A stretch of DNA of 63,929 bases, the filler included, from Circinaria calcarea (Eukaryota), in assembly GCA_051942165.1 (NCBI GenBank). It is 27 parts of 27 records of this genome, joined end to end, with 100 filler letters (N's around TTAATTAATTAA, not from the genome) between each part and the next. Parts side by side here need not be neighbours in the genome. Positions count along the whole stretch, not along the records: positions 23,799 to 26,072 come from JAVECS010003711.1; positions 26,173 to 28,445 come from JAVECS010003712.1; positions 28,546 to 30,818 come from JAVECS010003713.1; positions 30,919 to 33,191 come from JAVECS010003714.1; positions 33,292 to 35,564 come from JAVECS010003715.1; positions 35,665 to 37,937 come from JAVECS010003716.1; positions 38,038 to 40,310 come from JAVECS010003717.1; 20 more parts are not named here. One strand, 5' to 3'. This document shows positions 24,456 through 38,068 of this stretch, one piece after another. The notes below the pieces were generated by a model. It was not told where the DNA came from. It worked only from the letters and a program-made list of their open reading frames with translations, and searched no databases. The translations under genes were made by a program, and so were the position numbers. The first letter of the stretch is position 1, and each line of letters starts with the position of its first letter.

Positions 24456-27400
24456 GATGTCGAGAGTTTACCTGCTGAATAGAGACTGATCAATGTGAAA
24501 CACAATGGCGTATGACGTTCACTCAGACGAATGAGTGTCAATAAGTTACTAACAAATTTCACAAAAGTGGAAGAAAACTTCTAGGTTTTACCGCATTAAG
24601 TGCACATGGGGCGATTTTGTCCTCCGAACTCTGTGCTTGACAAAGCGTGGCTTCTGTTCATCTTTGTAATCGGGGAGAAGTCGGCTCAATTTTCTTTAGA
24701 AAGGAGTTCCTCGTATCTTAGGTCATCCCAGGGCTGAGGACAGACTTCCGTACTGATAGAGCAGTTGAGTTTGGCCGCCCGCCTTTTCAAGGAACATATA
24801 TGCATGGGGCAGGGTAGGAATCAAGGCAGCCAAGGGACAATCACCGTCTTGACCAGTTGGTACGGCGAATTCTGTGCGTCAAGAGCCCGCCGCTATAGGC
24901 AACCTAATTCATGCCAGGAGTGCAGCTTGGGACCTATCTCGCCATGATGACCCGCACGCTCAATGCGAGGCAGACATACCGTAAGTGGTATTCATGCTGC
25001 ACACACATATGCGGGCGTGAAAAGGTCCAGCTGATTTGGTGGGGATTAGCCGGAAGTCGTGCCACGATCCCGCCTCATTTTCTTTGCCTTTGTGTTGAAC
25101 GCAGTAATACGGCGTTGCTGTTTAGGCTGCACCCCTCCCAAAGATTAGTAGGGTAAGGAGTATTTTCCTAGGAAGTAACCTTTGCAGGTATAGCCAACAT
25201 CTGGACCTCGTTAACCTAGTAAGGCAGTGCGCCCATGTAGATCTCCTCTATTGTGTTATATACCAGCACACGTATGTACCGATCCCAGTCTATGAATTAT
25301 CCAATAGAAAGTGTAGATAGACTCAGGTAGCATACGCGATCTCAGGCAAAGCGGCTGAAGCGTAAGCCGGCCTAATCGTAGATGCCGTGCGGTCGACTTC
25401 GGTTTGCCATCCCGGCGGCAAGGTAAGATGGGACACGCCTTTCAGTCCCGAGTTATTAAAAGCATAGAAACCGTGAGATTGAGCCGGCGGGATGCGGTCT
25501 AGCAGGTGGTTATGCATCCGTGCCTCAGTTTGTTGTGACGACAAGCATCGGTGTGAACATTTTCCTCTTTGGGGGAGTTTAAGCGAATCAACACCATCTC
25601 AGTCCCCAGGATATTATATTTATAGAATCAACGATACTCGAAATATACAGTCGGCTATTAATTTTTATCAGTTCGAAAGCAATATTTTGCCGCCAGGAGG
25701 AGAATATCGATTAAGGTCGTGAGGGATTGAGTTGAGATGCCTAATAAAATAGGTTAGGGGACTTCATATTTTTTGGGAACAGTAAAGGGGTAGTCGATCA
25801 GGTAGACGGCAACGGTTCACGTAGAGATGATACATTCCAGAGATGCGAAGAATTGCAGACTCTTCAATGATGATTTGAGAGGAGGGGATTTGCGGAATTG
25901 TGAAAGGAACAATCGAGATGGCGATAATGAGAGGTGCCACGGTTGATAACAAGTATCACCATTATGGAAGTAGAAGTTCTTCTTGGATGTTTGAACATAA
26001 ACAATCACGACCTCCATAACAAACCCGTTCCCATCCCCAATGCCCACCTTCTTATCCATCCTCCCTTTGTACNNNNNNNNNNNNNNNNNNNNNNNNNNNN
26101 NNNNNNNNNNNNNNNNTTAATTAATTAANNNNNNNNNNNNNNNNNNNNNNNNNNNNNNNNNNNNNNNNNNNNGACCAGGGGAGGAGTGGTGGGCGAGGAA
26201 GAGGAGTAACGTAGGGGCTTGATGCAGGAAATATAGACACCAGCGGGCTTTGTTCGATCATTTTGATCTAACCCATACTCCTAGCTAATAAACCTCTATT
26301 TATCCTACCTCATGTAACAGGCGTCTCATCTCAACTCCTTTAGGCATCTTCTCCTGTATCCTAAATCCTCCGTCTGCAGGTAAATTTAGTGGATTTGGTC
26401 CACCGCGGTACTGAAAAGTTTCGAGCATCATCGCAGCCCAGCTCCGGAAGGTGGCTTGAAATGCAGAACTAACGCGGAAGATCCAGCAGGACAGAAGGTT
26501 AGTAGTAGAGACCAGAAATGATTAGAGGATCTTTAAACTCCAACGACTTATAATGGATAGGGTACAAAAATGTATAGGTACTTTATGATCGCAAGGACTT
26601 TTAATACCGTAGACGATCACAATACCGTAGGGGGTCTCAATACCGTAAAGAAAATCCTACCGCAAGGGACTCCATGCGTTAGGGAGTTTTATATATCCTG
26701 GAACTTTTAATCCCATGCGGTATGGACGCGCCCTACGATATCTTATTACCCTAGGTCAAGAAGGCATATTTCTTCTCTGCTGGCTGATCTGCTCCTACAG
26801 TATCAGAAGACTCTACGGCCATCCGAACCCCTACTTAAATAATAGAGCAGCAGTGACGTCTATTCCTGCGCGAGCGGAGATTCTATAGAGTTCTTAACTC
26901 TTAGAATAAGATCATGAGTCCGGAAGACTTTTCATACCCCAGATGTGCTAACGGCATTGGAGGATGTTCATCGATACCAAACGTTGAGCTCTTTATCTGA
27001 CCATTGCCTTCCACTTGCTCTGAGATTATCGCCAAACTGCGAGGCCTGGGCTGACTTGAGATACTGAGAAGCGTGTTGCGAGGGGGTTCAATATCTGCAT
27101 TGGGGATAGGGTCGGTGGTCGCCGTCGCCGTCGCGGTTGACAAAGCTCCGTTCCTGCCAAGGAAGCGTTCGCTGGCAGTATTGTGGGTCAGATTCTCGCC
27201 TTGGAATGCCAATCCTAAAGCTTTTTCACTTATGAACTCTTCACTTATAAACACTATCTCCAATTCGGCGAATGCAATCATTGAGGAGTGCCTCAAGCAA
27301 TACGTTGATATAAAAGCGGTAAACAATATAAGAGAACTTGCTGAATTAAGAGTCGAAAGCTATATAGCCGAGTGAAAAGGCTGGCAAAAGAGAAAATAAA

Positions 27401-28545
27401 GGATAAGATAAATTCACCAATATAGAAATAGGCCTAAAGAAAAGGTTGATCAAGACGACAGTATTTATTATAAGTGGCAGAATATTTCATGCTGCAGAAT
27501 GGGCCAACTGCATACAAGAACCGTTTCGACGACAATGGAGTTCTGAAGAAATATCTCACCGAGTACCAGAACCCAAAGAGAGCCGTTGTACCCGACGACA
27601 GACGCCGAGGTACCAGTCTCACTCCACTTTCCATGCTATCAATATTAATGATGACTATTAGAAGGCGACGGCCAAAGGTAAGAAAAGTCGAGATGAATTT
27701 CGAGGTCCGATACGCCTAACATCACGCTGAGTAATACCGTACGTTTTACATCATTGACATAGAAGCTTGAGTGAGAACTTTAGGGAGACGCGTAGGAGGC
27801 AGCATACCATGCCAATCGCACAGCCCGCCAAAAAAGCTTCTTGACAAGTTTCGAAGACAAGTTATTGGTGGGTCGGCTCAAGTGGTCGAAGAAACCAAGG
27901 ATGTGGCACATCAGGAGATGGTCAATTTCCATCTGAAGAGGATGAAAGAGGCTGTTAAGGCTGCTACATGGGACTTCAAAGCAGAATTTTTTGCGGGGAA
28001 AGAACATAGCACCGGCTGTTGCAAGCCACTGGAATGAAATCATCCGCGAGAATTTTCATAGGTTTAGCATAATATCATATTGCATACCAGGCAGCCTATA
28101 CTTTTACGATAATCATGATAACTCGGCACGACTGACGATATACTGTTTGTTAATCATGTAGCATTGGTGGTAGTAGTCCTGTCTCTTGGTTTCACATCGC
28201 CAGGCCCGAAGCTCATTGGTAGGAGCTGTAGAAAGCTGTCAGTTGCGATATTATTGGATAGATCTCTAGTAGCAGCAAATTCAAGGTATAAAGGGGTTTG
28301 ATAGAAGATAGTGAGACCATACCTCTCCAAGTGTCCTCACAACGTAGTCCCCATTTTCACCATACATAAAGATAGGTATGGACATTGAGCAGAATTCACG
28401 GATACTGCAGTACGGATGTTAGAATCTAACCAGTTGCGTGACTTGNNNNNNNNNNNNNNNNNNNNNNNNNNNNNNNNNNNNNNNNNNNNTTAATTAATTA
28501 ANNNNNNNNNNNNNNNNNNNNNNNNNNNNNNNNNNNNNNNNNNNN

Positions 28546-29400
28546 TGGAAATTTTTGCCCGCGCCGCCTTTGGGCGCGACTGCACCGATGGCGTCCTTTT
28601 TGGGGGATGATGCCTTGGGTTCGGCCTTTGGAGTATCATCAGACTCGCCGTCAGCGAAGAGATCGTAGTAGTCTCGTGGCGGAGGCTTAGCTGAGGTACG
28701 GGGAGGAACAGCTGGTGGCTCATTGGAATACTCGTGATTCGGTTCTCGTGGGGAAAAGAGAGACAGACTTGTGTGAGGATCTCTAGATGCGTTCTTCTTC
28801 GGCGGGCTTACTTTGCTGGCAATAGTAACATCGCCGACGTTGCGAATATGCTCTGTTCCTTGTGTCGCAGTCGCTGCACTGGATGCAATGAGACGGGCCT
28901 GATCTTTACCATCTCGAATGGGCCAGTTTCTCGCTCGAGATCCAATCACGTCAACTAATTTAAGGAGAGAGCCTTGGTCCCAGTAGAGGCGAATTTGTTG
29001 GATCTTCTGGTTACTATCGAAATGCACAATGTGCACCTAAGGTCAACTCCGTTAGTAGTTGGATCGAGAGGCTCGTAACAGGAATCTTTACAATCGGAAA
29101 GGTCACTACGCGATCTGCTAGGAAATTATCATCCAGGCCTGGCAGGTATGCCCCACCACCTGTAAGGAATTCCAGTGTCGTTTCAACATCCAGGCATATT
29201 GCATTGTCGCCTTCAACAGTGCTCAAGACCTTCTCCTCTTTCTTCTTCAGGGTGGAAGTCTGGTTCGACAAATGCTTAGCGATAGCTGTGGCATCGTTGA
29301 TAGTGGTCAGGGTTGTAATGTAGTTCAGGGAGGCATAGGAGGACAAGGCAGCAGCAGTTGGAGTTGCTAGGAAGCTCTGGTATTTCTTCTGAAGCAACAT
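28546..29400 (-). CDS. Conserved fungal NTF2-like domain protein, 5' part
   Basis: LEFLTGGGAYLPGLDDNFLADRVVTFPI-VHIVHFD..QIRLYWDQGSLLK..IGSRARNWPIRDG. One intron at about 29037-29091. Confidence 0.75.
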
Positions 29401-29781
29401 GTTGAGCGGAAGTATGCGAAAAGAAGGAGAGATGATTCTGTGCGCAAGAGAAGAGGTTCGGCAGGGTGAAATAGGCGATGCGATTGTTTACCTTAGCTTG
29501 GAGCCCTTAGTTCCATGATACGCGCTGCGGTTGTCACATGTGAACCTCACAATCGCGAGGGGTCTGAGGGGTCGCGCCTAAGCTCGTTTGGTGTGATGAC
29601 CCCTTCAGGCCCCTGGCCCCAAATTACTAAACCCCCGCCATAATAAATGATCCCCCCTGCCTCCTTGTTAAATGATCCCCTCCCGGCCAAATGATCCCCC
29701 TCACTCTAAATCTCGTCTACACAAAAATCCCCTACTCCTTTAATTCTCATCCACACAAAATTCCCCCCCTAAGCCAAAATT

Positions 29782-30270
29782 ATGCCCCACAATGGAAGCG
29801 AACTTGAGTTAAAGCCAACTCAGCTGGTGACAGATCCAATTGCCTTGGATTCTAGATCTCTGACGAGGGCGAAGAAATTTGATCCAGATTGGGGATTTTA
29901 TATTAGATTTACCCGTCTTTGCATAACTACCCTGGCGGTAGCTCTGGACGCCACTTCGCCTTCCGTCACTCAGCCCCTGAGACATCCGCCGTGCCCTCAA
30001 CTAGAGTTACGAGCATTGATCATCTTGGCACCGGTAGAATATCTAAGACTGACTGCGAGAAGAAAACAAACCGCTGACACCGAACCGTAGATAATAGCCG
30101 AGTCTCTCCATATCAGCGCCATTTCCGCCTTTTGGTCTGGAATTTCAATTCCCCCACTGTCTTCCAGCCGGCGTTTGCCTCTCGCTCACTTCCTCCTCCT
30201 AACCCTCCTTTACTTCACCGTTGGGTCAATCATCGCCGCCCTCGCCCAAAGCGTCACAAGCCTTCTCGTA
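29782..30270 (+). pseudogene. Degenerate MFS (DHA2-type) transporter fragment
   Basis: LCITTLAVALDATS, IIAESLHISAISAFWSG and LLYFTVGSIIAALAQS are recognisable. They are separated by deletions or frame breaks and do not continue. Confidence 0.6.
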
Positions 30271-30918
30271 GTTTGGGGTTAGGTATCCGAATGCTTGCCT
30301 TTGATCTGTAGGACGCACCCAAGGTGGAGGGGCTGTCGTGGCGGGCATTCTTAAATCCTGCTCCGTTCTGCCCGACATGGACAATTCTTCAACCTGTCAA
30401 TGTTGAACAACAAAATCAGTGGTAATGCCTTCATGCTATTTACGGTCCTAGGTCGAGTGTAGCACTCTCATAAAGTAATGTGTATAGCCCACTGACTGAG
30501 GTTCGTGGATTCTTTAGCGAGGGTGACTGATTAGAGACAAAGATGTTATTACCTCATGGAGGTGTGAAAAAAATGGACGAATATTATGCGGTTGATTGAA
30601 GGTATTCTGGAATCTGGCTACCTGAGCAGTTGTGGAGACATTTCTCCAGTTGCAAAGCAATGTAATATGTCTTGTAAAGTATCCTACAGCCAGTCCAGAT
30701 TTCCAATCCAAGTGTAGAGATCCTTTATAACTCATTTAGCACGCCAGCAACAGGTCTGGCATAAGCTCAGCTGAAAAAGGGTATAGATCGGACGCCGAAA
30801 CCCTATCGCGCGGTTATCNNNNNNNNNNNNNNNNNNNNNNNNNNNNNNNNNNNNNNNNNNNNTTAATTAATTAANNNNNNNNNNNNNNNNNNNNNNNNNN
30901 NNNNNNNNNNNNNNNNNN

Positions 30919-32542
30919 CTGGAATGGAAATCAGCAACCAAATCCGCGCTTAAAAAAGTCACCAACCTCTATGAGCAACACCAAAGAAAAGCAGCAAAGG
31001 GAAACGAGCTAGCTATACGTGAAAAGGAAGAGGCGGACAAAAGACAGAAAGTACTAGAGGAGGCAAAAAAGATCAAGATAGCCCAGGACCCCAAACTGCC
31101 CAAGGCAGTACGTATACACCTCAAGGAGAAGGATCCGAAGCTAGTGAAGCTACGGAGCGGTACAAGCAAGCAGGATGTGGACTACAGTGAAGGGAGAGGC
31201 TCACGGGTACGAGTCTATGGGCGCATACATCGATTACGGTCTCAGAAAGATGTCATTTTTGTTACGCTACAAGATGGATATGGATTCCTACAGTGTGTCT
31301 TTACAGGAGATTTGGTCAAGACATACGACGCAATGACATTCACCCTAGAGACGTCAATTGAAGTCTTTGGCGAAATGTGGGAGGTCCCCCCGGGGCAACA
31401 TGCACCAGATGACCGAGAACTGCATGCAGACTACTTTGAGATCATTGGTAAAGCTGCTGGGGACAAGGAGGCTATCTCAACCAGAGTAGCCCCGGATTCA
31501 GACGCACAAACCCTTCTAGACAACCGCCATCTCGTCCTACGTGGCGAGGTATCTTCATCAGTAATGAAAGTCCGAGCTGCCGTACTACGAGCATTCCGCC
31601 AGACATACGAAGAGATCAATCCTACCTGCCTTGAGGTAACACCTCCATGCATGGTGCAAACTCAAGTCGAAGGCGGTGCCACTCTCTTCTCCTTCGACTA
31701 CTATGGCGAGCAAGCTTACCTCACCCAATCCTCGCAACTCTATCTTGAAACATGTCTACCCTCTCTCGGTAACGTCTTCTGTGTTGCCCCATCCTTCCGT
31801 GCCGAGAAATCCTTGACCCGCCGCCATCTCTCCGAATACACTCACATCGAAGCCGAGCTCGACTTCATCACCTTTGACGATCTTCTCGATCATCTAGAAC
31901 TCGTCATGACACGCGTTGTCGATCTCGTCCTCGCCAACCAGCACAGTGCAAAGCTAATCCAAGAACTCAACCCTGGCTTCAAAGCCCCCGAACGACCTTT
32001 CAAGCGGATGAAGTACGCCGACGCCATCGATTGGCTCGTCGAGCACGACATCAAGAATGAAGACGGCGAACCGCACAAATTTGGAGACGATATCGCTGAA
32101 GCTGCAGAGCGGAAAATGACCGATATCATCAACCGACCCATCTTCCTCACGCACTTCCCCGTCGAGATCAAAGCCTTTTACATGCAAAAGGATGCTTCTG
32201 ATCCCAGAATCACAGAGAGCGTGGATTGTCTGATGCCAGGGGTTGGAGAGATTGTAGGAGGAAGTATGCGTATGAACGATTATGACGAATTGATGGCAGC
32301 GTACAAGAGAGAGGACATTGATCCGGCGCCGTATTATTGGTACACAGATCAACGAAAGTGTGTCTTCTCCACCATGCTATCTCTCTATCGAATCTGTTGC
32401 TAATCAGTGAGCCAGATACGGTACCTCACCACACGGAGGCTACGGTCTCGGACTCGAACGCTTCCTCGCCTGGCTTTGCAACCGTCACACCGTCCGCGAA
32501 TGCTGTCTATACCCACGGTTCACAAGCAGATGCACGCCGTGA
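30919..32542 (+). CDS. DED81: Cytosolic asparaginyl-tRNA synthetase (5'-truncated)
   Basis: OB-fold [23 protein letters not shown], motif 2 [30 protein letters not shown] and motif 3 [12 protein letters not shown] after the intron at 32358-32415. Confidence 0.95.
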
Positions 32543-33291
32543 GCTTCTAGTACTACAAAGACACGGTAACTCAAAGCTTCCCTCCTTGCTTTACGCAAGG
32601 TGTGCCAAGCTTGGTTCAACGTCCCCGGTTACCGAAATCCAGTTTACCTGTCGTTTCCTAGCGACCTTGTCCTCTTCCACCGCCAATCATCTGGCTCTGT
32701 CGTACAGTATCATAGAGACCCTAATTGTCACACGCGGCTGACGGAATAATGTATCAATGATAGACGGGGCCATAGAGATAGATCTCCTTTCCTCTCGCCC
32801 ATAGATTTTCCAAAATCAATGTTCCTTCTTCCACTTCCAAATTGAAAAGCCCCCCGTCTTTTTAAATCCACAACACCCTTTACCGAAACGGAAATGCTCC
32901 AAATTTTACCCTCTCTGCTGACTTCCTAATCCCCTCCCTTCCCCCACAAATACAAACACTTTACCTTTCATAACGAATCAATCACCATTAATCCCCCCTT
33001 ACCTTCAAAACCCCACCCGCGCAACACCTTTCCCCCCAAACGGCCTCATCCTAGAATTTTTAAAAAAAGGAATGAGAACCGCTGGGCCCTGGGTACTTGT
33101 TCACTTGTTCACTTGTTCCCCGGGAAAAGTGAGTGGTCCTACAGGGTACGAGGGAGGGAAGTCGGGGAAGAATTGTGGTGGGGTGTAGTAGNNNNNNNNN
33201 NNNNNNNNNNNNNNNNNNNNNNNNNNNNNNNNNNNTTAATTAATTAANNNNNNNNNNNNNNNNNNNNNNNNNNNNNNNNNNNNNNNNNNNN

Positions 33292-33754
33292 AACGTAAGG
33301 TTTTGTTCCCAATCTCTCTTCAAGGTATCAACGCAAACACTTCCGGTCGACTCCTCCACGTTCGGATGCCAGATCTTTGTCCGAAAGGATGCTTTCGGTG
33401 GACTTTTGGGGTAGTCGTGGGGGATCTTAAGATGTAACTTCCACAGGCCCGCAGAATACGGAGTCCCTTGGGGTCCGGTCAAAAGGATCGTAAGCTGGGT
33501 TAGGTCATCCGGAATAGATGAGGTTGCACTCGAAGGCGGGAAAAGATAGTGCGGAGGAAGCTCAGACTTATGCAGCGCAGCATGGTCGGAAGCTAAGCGG
33601 CGAAGTGTGGAAGAATTCTAACCCGTAGTCAGTTGCAGTATTGAGGGTATCGTCGTGTGTATATTCCAGCTTTCTGCATGAAATCAAATTGTGGTTTGGG
33701 CCTTCTATGAACGAGGTCTGGATTGATGAGGGTACTCGCGCATCCACTCACCAT
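33292..33754 (-). CDS. Ubiquitin-conjugating enzyme E2 (UBE2S-like), 5' part
   Basis: GPQGTPYSAGLW..YPKSPPK..FRTKIWHPNVEESTGSVCVDTLKRDW. The first coding exon is the ATG alone (33752-33754), followed by a GTGAGT intron at 33618-33751. Confidence 0.88.
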
Positions 33755-34862
33755 GATGCTGGCCAGAAGAGATAATACACGAGAGATGGAGTATGTAGAT
33801 GAGCTTCGGAGAGGCTACAGGAAGTGCTCAGCAATGTAGATATAATTGAAACTGTGCAATCAGAAGAGCACGGAGTGAAGGTGAATGTACCACAGGCGCA
33901 ACGGTCTTTGTTTTGATTTGCGTGATCTGACTTTGTCAAATGCGGATACAAGCCGGCGCGTTTTTAGCTCCCGACGCTTGTCCCTCGCCAAGACTACTGG
34001 TAAGAACGCGTTCTGTTTGGATAATTACCCTAAGATCTTTGGGGCGCCTGTGGATAATCCAAAGGTTCACAGACACAGGAACTGGCCAAGGCTGCCTTTG
34101 CTATTAGGTATGGTACAGTGTAAGTTATACTTGTAAGGATTGTGACTGGTCAGGAACGGCGAAATTGAATGTGAACCTGTCAGATGATGTCTGTACAATG
34201 CAGTACCCAACCGGGAGGCCGCCAGCCATTCTACAACAAAATAGCCATGCCCTAGATGCCATGCGGACAGGTTGAGGGTGCCGGAGGGGAAAGCAGTGCT
34301 CTTACAGCTTCGAGCGGATGATACATAGTCGACTGAATGATTGGATTATGGGTTCGATTGAGTCCGAGTCCTCCGGCTGAAGATTTCCTCGAACCGAAGA
34401 AGGATCTGTGCTTGACCAGTGCGACCTAGAGTAATTACGAAAGCCGACATTACATGCGTGCATGGCTGGCTCATAGCGAAGTTGGTGGTGTTTGGTTAAG
34501 TATGAGACTAGTTACGAGTGGAAGCGCTTGTTTAAGCTCAAGTACCATCCTCCCATCTGACCTGATGATCTTTCACCAAAACTCATCTTCCCAAAAAGCC
34601 GGGTAAAAAGTGAAGAGACTGCGTGTGGGGGTTCAGCAGTGGCACCTGGTACCCCTCAGATGATAGCTATGAGCTGGTTATGTCTTGTACGTTGCCTTGT
34701 GAGAATTCTATAGGACCTCTAGTATGTTTTCAAATGCTGCCCATGGCAGCACATCCGGTGCAGCAACCCGTGGTGAGAGAATCCATTAGGGTATCAATAC
34801 GACCATTAGAGGCAGCGTATGAACTGACTGCAGCACATACTGAACCATTATAAGCTAAGCAA

Positions 34863-34921
34863 GCAGAGTGTGACCGCAGAGTGCGACCGCAGAGTGCGAC
34901 CGCACAGTCTCACCGCAGAGT
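34863..34921. repeat. 13-nt minisatellite GCAGAGTGCGACC, about 4.5 copies
   Basis: Visible directly. Confidence 0.85.
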
Positions 34922-35363
34922 CGAACCTGTGTCCGTGTCGTGCGTCAAGTGCATCGGATTACTTGGATGACTGTTTCCGGCCAATTAAGGTCGAAATGCC
35001 ATGGTCGCTCTCGGGAAATCTTCTGCACGGAAGTACAAAGGTATCTGACACCTTTGCGAGCATGTTCACTATGACCTATGAAAGGACAGAGGTTGAACCA
35101 TAAAACAGGGGTTGCAGTTCCTGCAGTCATCCGCGGCGCCTGGGAACTTGCATTTGGTGAATGATAGACTGAGAATACAGAAATCAGAACAGGAACAGAT
35201 AGCAGTGAAACTGTAGGTAACCATACTTGGTCGACCGGCCTAACTGCCAACTAATGATGGTCTAGATAAGTCACGGTCAACGTATGAAATTGGCTATTTG
35301 TGCACGAGCTGAGACCCTCCAGATGATATCTTGTCCCACAAAGAAAAGAATGACATGCATTTA

Positions 35364-35564
35364 TTAGATGATGGTGACCTTGTGCTCAGCACAGTCATTG
35401 AACCATTCACATGCAACCTCACCCATGAGCTCGAACGTTCCAACTCGTACGTATTTGTCTCGAGCTCTAGTATCGGGCATTAGCATTAGGCCGCCTACTG
35501 TGGGTTCCGACAGAGTTCCAGACATACGCAGCAGTGGCAGATAAGTCACCTCTGCCAGCTGCGT
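35364..35564 (-). CDS. C-terminal tail typical of HET-domain proteins (fragment)
   Basis: Pattern GLMLMP..KYVRVGTF..WF....HKVTII-stop. The HET domain itself is not in the contig. Confidence 0.5.
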   Translation of the reverse strand, partial: TQLAEVTYLPLLRMSGTLSEPTVGGLMLMPDTRARDKYVRVGTFELMGEVACEWFNDCAEHKVTII

Positions 35565-35664
35565 NNNNNNNNNNNNNNNNNNNNNNNNNNNNNNNNNNNN
35601 NNNNNNNNTTAATTAATTAANNNNNNNNNNNNNNNNNNNNNNNNNNNNNNNNNNNNNNNNNNNN

Positions 35665-36137
35665 GTTCCTGGTACTGCACTCGGCGTGGCTTCGGGAGCA
35701 CTACTCGAGCCAGGCCCTACAGGAGGTGGCACAGCTGTTGTTTCGACCGTTGGAGTGGTGACTATGGATTCGGTAATGGGAATTGTGGTAATGGAGGTCG
35801 CCGTAGTAACAACCACACTTGAGCCATTGCCTGGGTTTTGCCGTTTGGCCAGTGAGGCGATCTTCGTTGCTAGCGATGCATCTTCGCGATGGACTGCTTC
35901 CACCGCTGTTCGATCCTCCTTGAAGATGCCATGTTCGAATTTCTTCGGCGAGTGTTTGTGAAGGGCGGCATGGAGAGCTGGAGGGTCGACTTGGTCGAGG
36001 AGCCTTTGGAAAGCCTCCAAGTCCGCAAGCGCCTCTTTGTCTCTCTCCCTCTCCAGATACGAAGGTTCTGCAATGACAAGCGCCGAGAGACGTGCGAGGA
36101 AGAGAGAGACCAACAAAAAGGAGCGAAAGGAAGGCAT
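35665..36137 (-). CDS. Secreted/cell-surface Ser/Thr-rich protein, 5' part
   Basis: Signal peptide, a LHAALH..KFEHGIFKEDRTAVEAVH block, a KR site and then a T/S/P-rich stalk. Confidence 0.7.
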
Positions 36138-37089
36138 CGTGATTGTTGAGCAGTGGTAGAGAAACGAGTGACAGAGTGAGTTCTGTCTCGACAGTGTCAG
36201 TACATGTCAATCCGTCACGCGTCTCTCGTCAAGAATGAACTTGTAAGATTTACCTGATGGTTGATTGCTGCGGCTCAACAAAGCCCAAAGCGCAGCCAAG
36301 CAAAGAGCTGAGCTCGGATCTACTTCTCCAATACGCGCAACTGCCCACGCCTCTCAGCACCAGCGAGATATGGTGATGGCTGGAATTCAACCCGGGTGTG
36401 AATGATTGTAGTGTTGTTGGTAGCCACAAGAAACGAGGGGATAAGTCGATAGTGATGGGGTTGACTCGGGTTGTGTGGATATTTATTATGAGAAGACGGT
36501 TCAAGAGAATCTCCTCAAACGGGTCCACGTGATGACCCAAACCTTTTAGTCCCAATTAGGGCCCCTGGAGTGACATCATGTTTCTATTCTTACGACTCCC
36601 GTCTCAGGTACCTTTTTCCTGTTCACCCATTGGTTGAAGCAATAGTGCTGGAGGACCCTTGAAGAGAGACCATAGCTCGTCAAACAACACACAAAGATCT
36701 CGAACGTATGGAAGTCGGGTTTACAAGATTCAATCTAGAGATTGTCCTTCATTGGCAACAATTCTTGCACACCGGCCGCGATTGCTGTCGTCGACGGACA
36801 CGACACTGATCATTGCTCAATTGGTGTAAGTGGAGACTGTGATTCATGTTTGGAGTCGTTAATTCCGTTACATGGTCTACTTTGTGATATAGGTGTTGTT
36901 CAATTCGAGATCCATCATCTTTAGCGCCAAAGGTTGGCTCACCACCTCAATGCTGTGCAACTGACGGCTACTCATCCTCCGTCACGTAAACCCTGGGTTG
37001 TTCGTGGCACTGTGCATCAAGGGCAATGATCAAGACCAAGTCCTGTCAAAACCGAACCGGCCAATCGTAAGTGGGATAACGGCGGAGCG

Positions 37090-37937
37090 ATGGTGGATAA
37101 TACCGTGCAGGGCCTTCTCGGTCTCGTCGTGGGTGATATTCAGAGTCATCAAGACATCTGCCGCTCTGAAAACAGCCATCGTCCCTTCATCCTAGGTGTC
37201 ACAGGTCTTCAAGGGTGTGGCAAAACTACTGTAGCTTCGAGACTTGTTACCGCCTTATCTCAAGATTACGGTATCAAGGCTTTGAATATCTCGTTGGATG
37301 ATCTCTACAAAACACACCAGAAGCGACAAGAGTTGCGAGAGAAGTACCCAAATAATAAACTGTTGAAAGTCAGAGGGCAGCCTGGCACACATGATCTGCA
37401 ACTTGCGAGGTCTTTCTTCAACCAATTCTCAGCACGCCCGGATTTGTGTCTTCCAAAGACGATACACGTCCCATCATTTGATAAGAGTCTGTTTCACGGT
37501 GATGGTGACCGCCTCCCCGAATACATGTGGAGGAGGATCAATAATCATCCTCCGGTCCAGGTACTAATCTTCGAGGGTTGGTGCCTGGGCTTCCGACCTT
37601 TGAGTGGCCATGACTTAAAACAGCGCTGGGCCGATGCTAGAGAAAATCGAGTTGAATCTCTTGGGAGCGGGCGATCCGCTGATTCCGCATCAATTGAATC
37701 GAGATTCTTGACAACTACTTTGGCGAATCACACGTTGGGGGATCTTGAGTTTGTTAATGAATGTCTTCACGAGTATGTTCAGGATTTCATGGGTCCGCAG
37801 CATTTTGATTGCCTAATCCATCTGGATACACCAGATCTGGTCAATGTCTACACTTGGAGAATGGAACAGGAGAGGATAATGCGTGCTATCAAGGGTACCT
37901 CCATGACAGACGATGAGGTTGTAAAGTTCGGTAAGTC
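37090..37937 (+). CDS. Tda10/glycerate 3-kinase-like P-loop kinase (3'-truncated)
   Basis: Walker A GLQGCGKTT, SLDDLY, RGQPGTHD, PSFDKSLFHGDGDR, IFEGWCLGF and VYTWRMEQE. Confidence 0.88.
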
Positions 37938-38068
37938 NNNNNNNNNNNNNNNNNNNNNNNNNNNNNNNNNNNNNNNNNNNNTTAATTAATTAANNNNNNN
38001 NNNNNNNNNNNNNNNNNNNNNNNNNNNNNNNNNNNNNCGCCTCACACCCACTTCCCTTTGTCAAAAAA

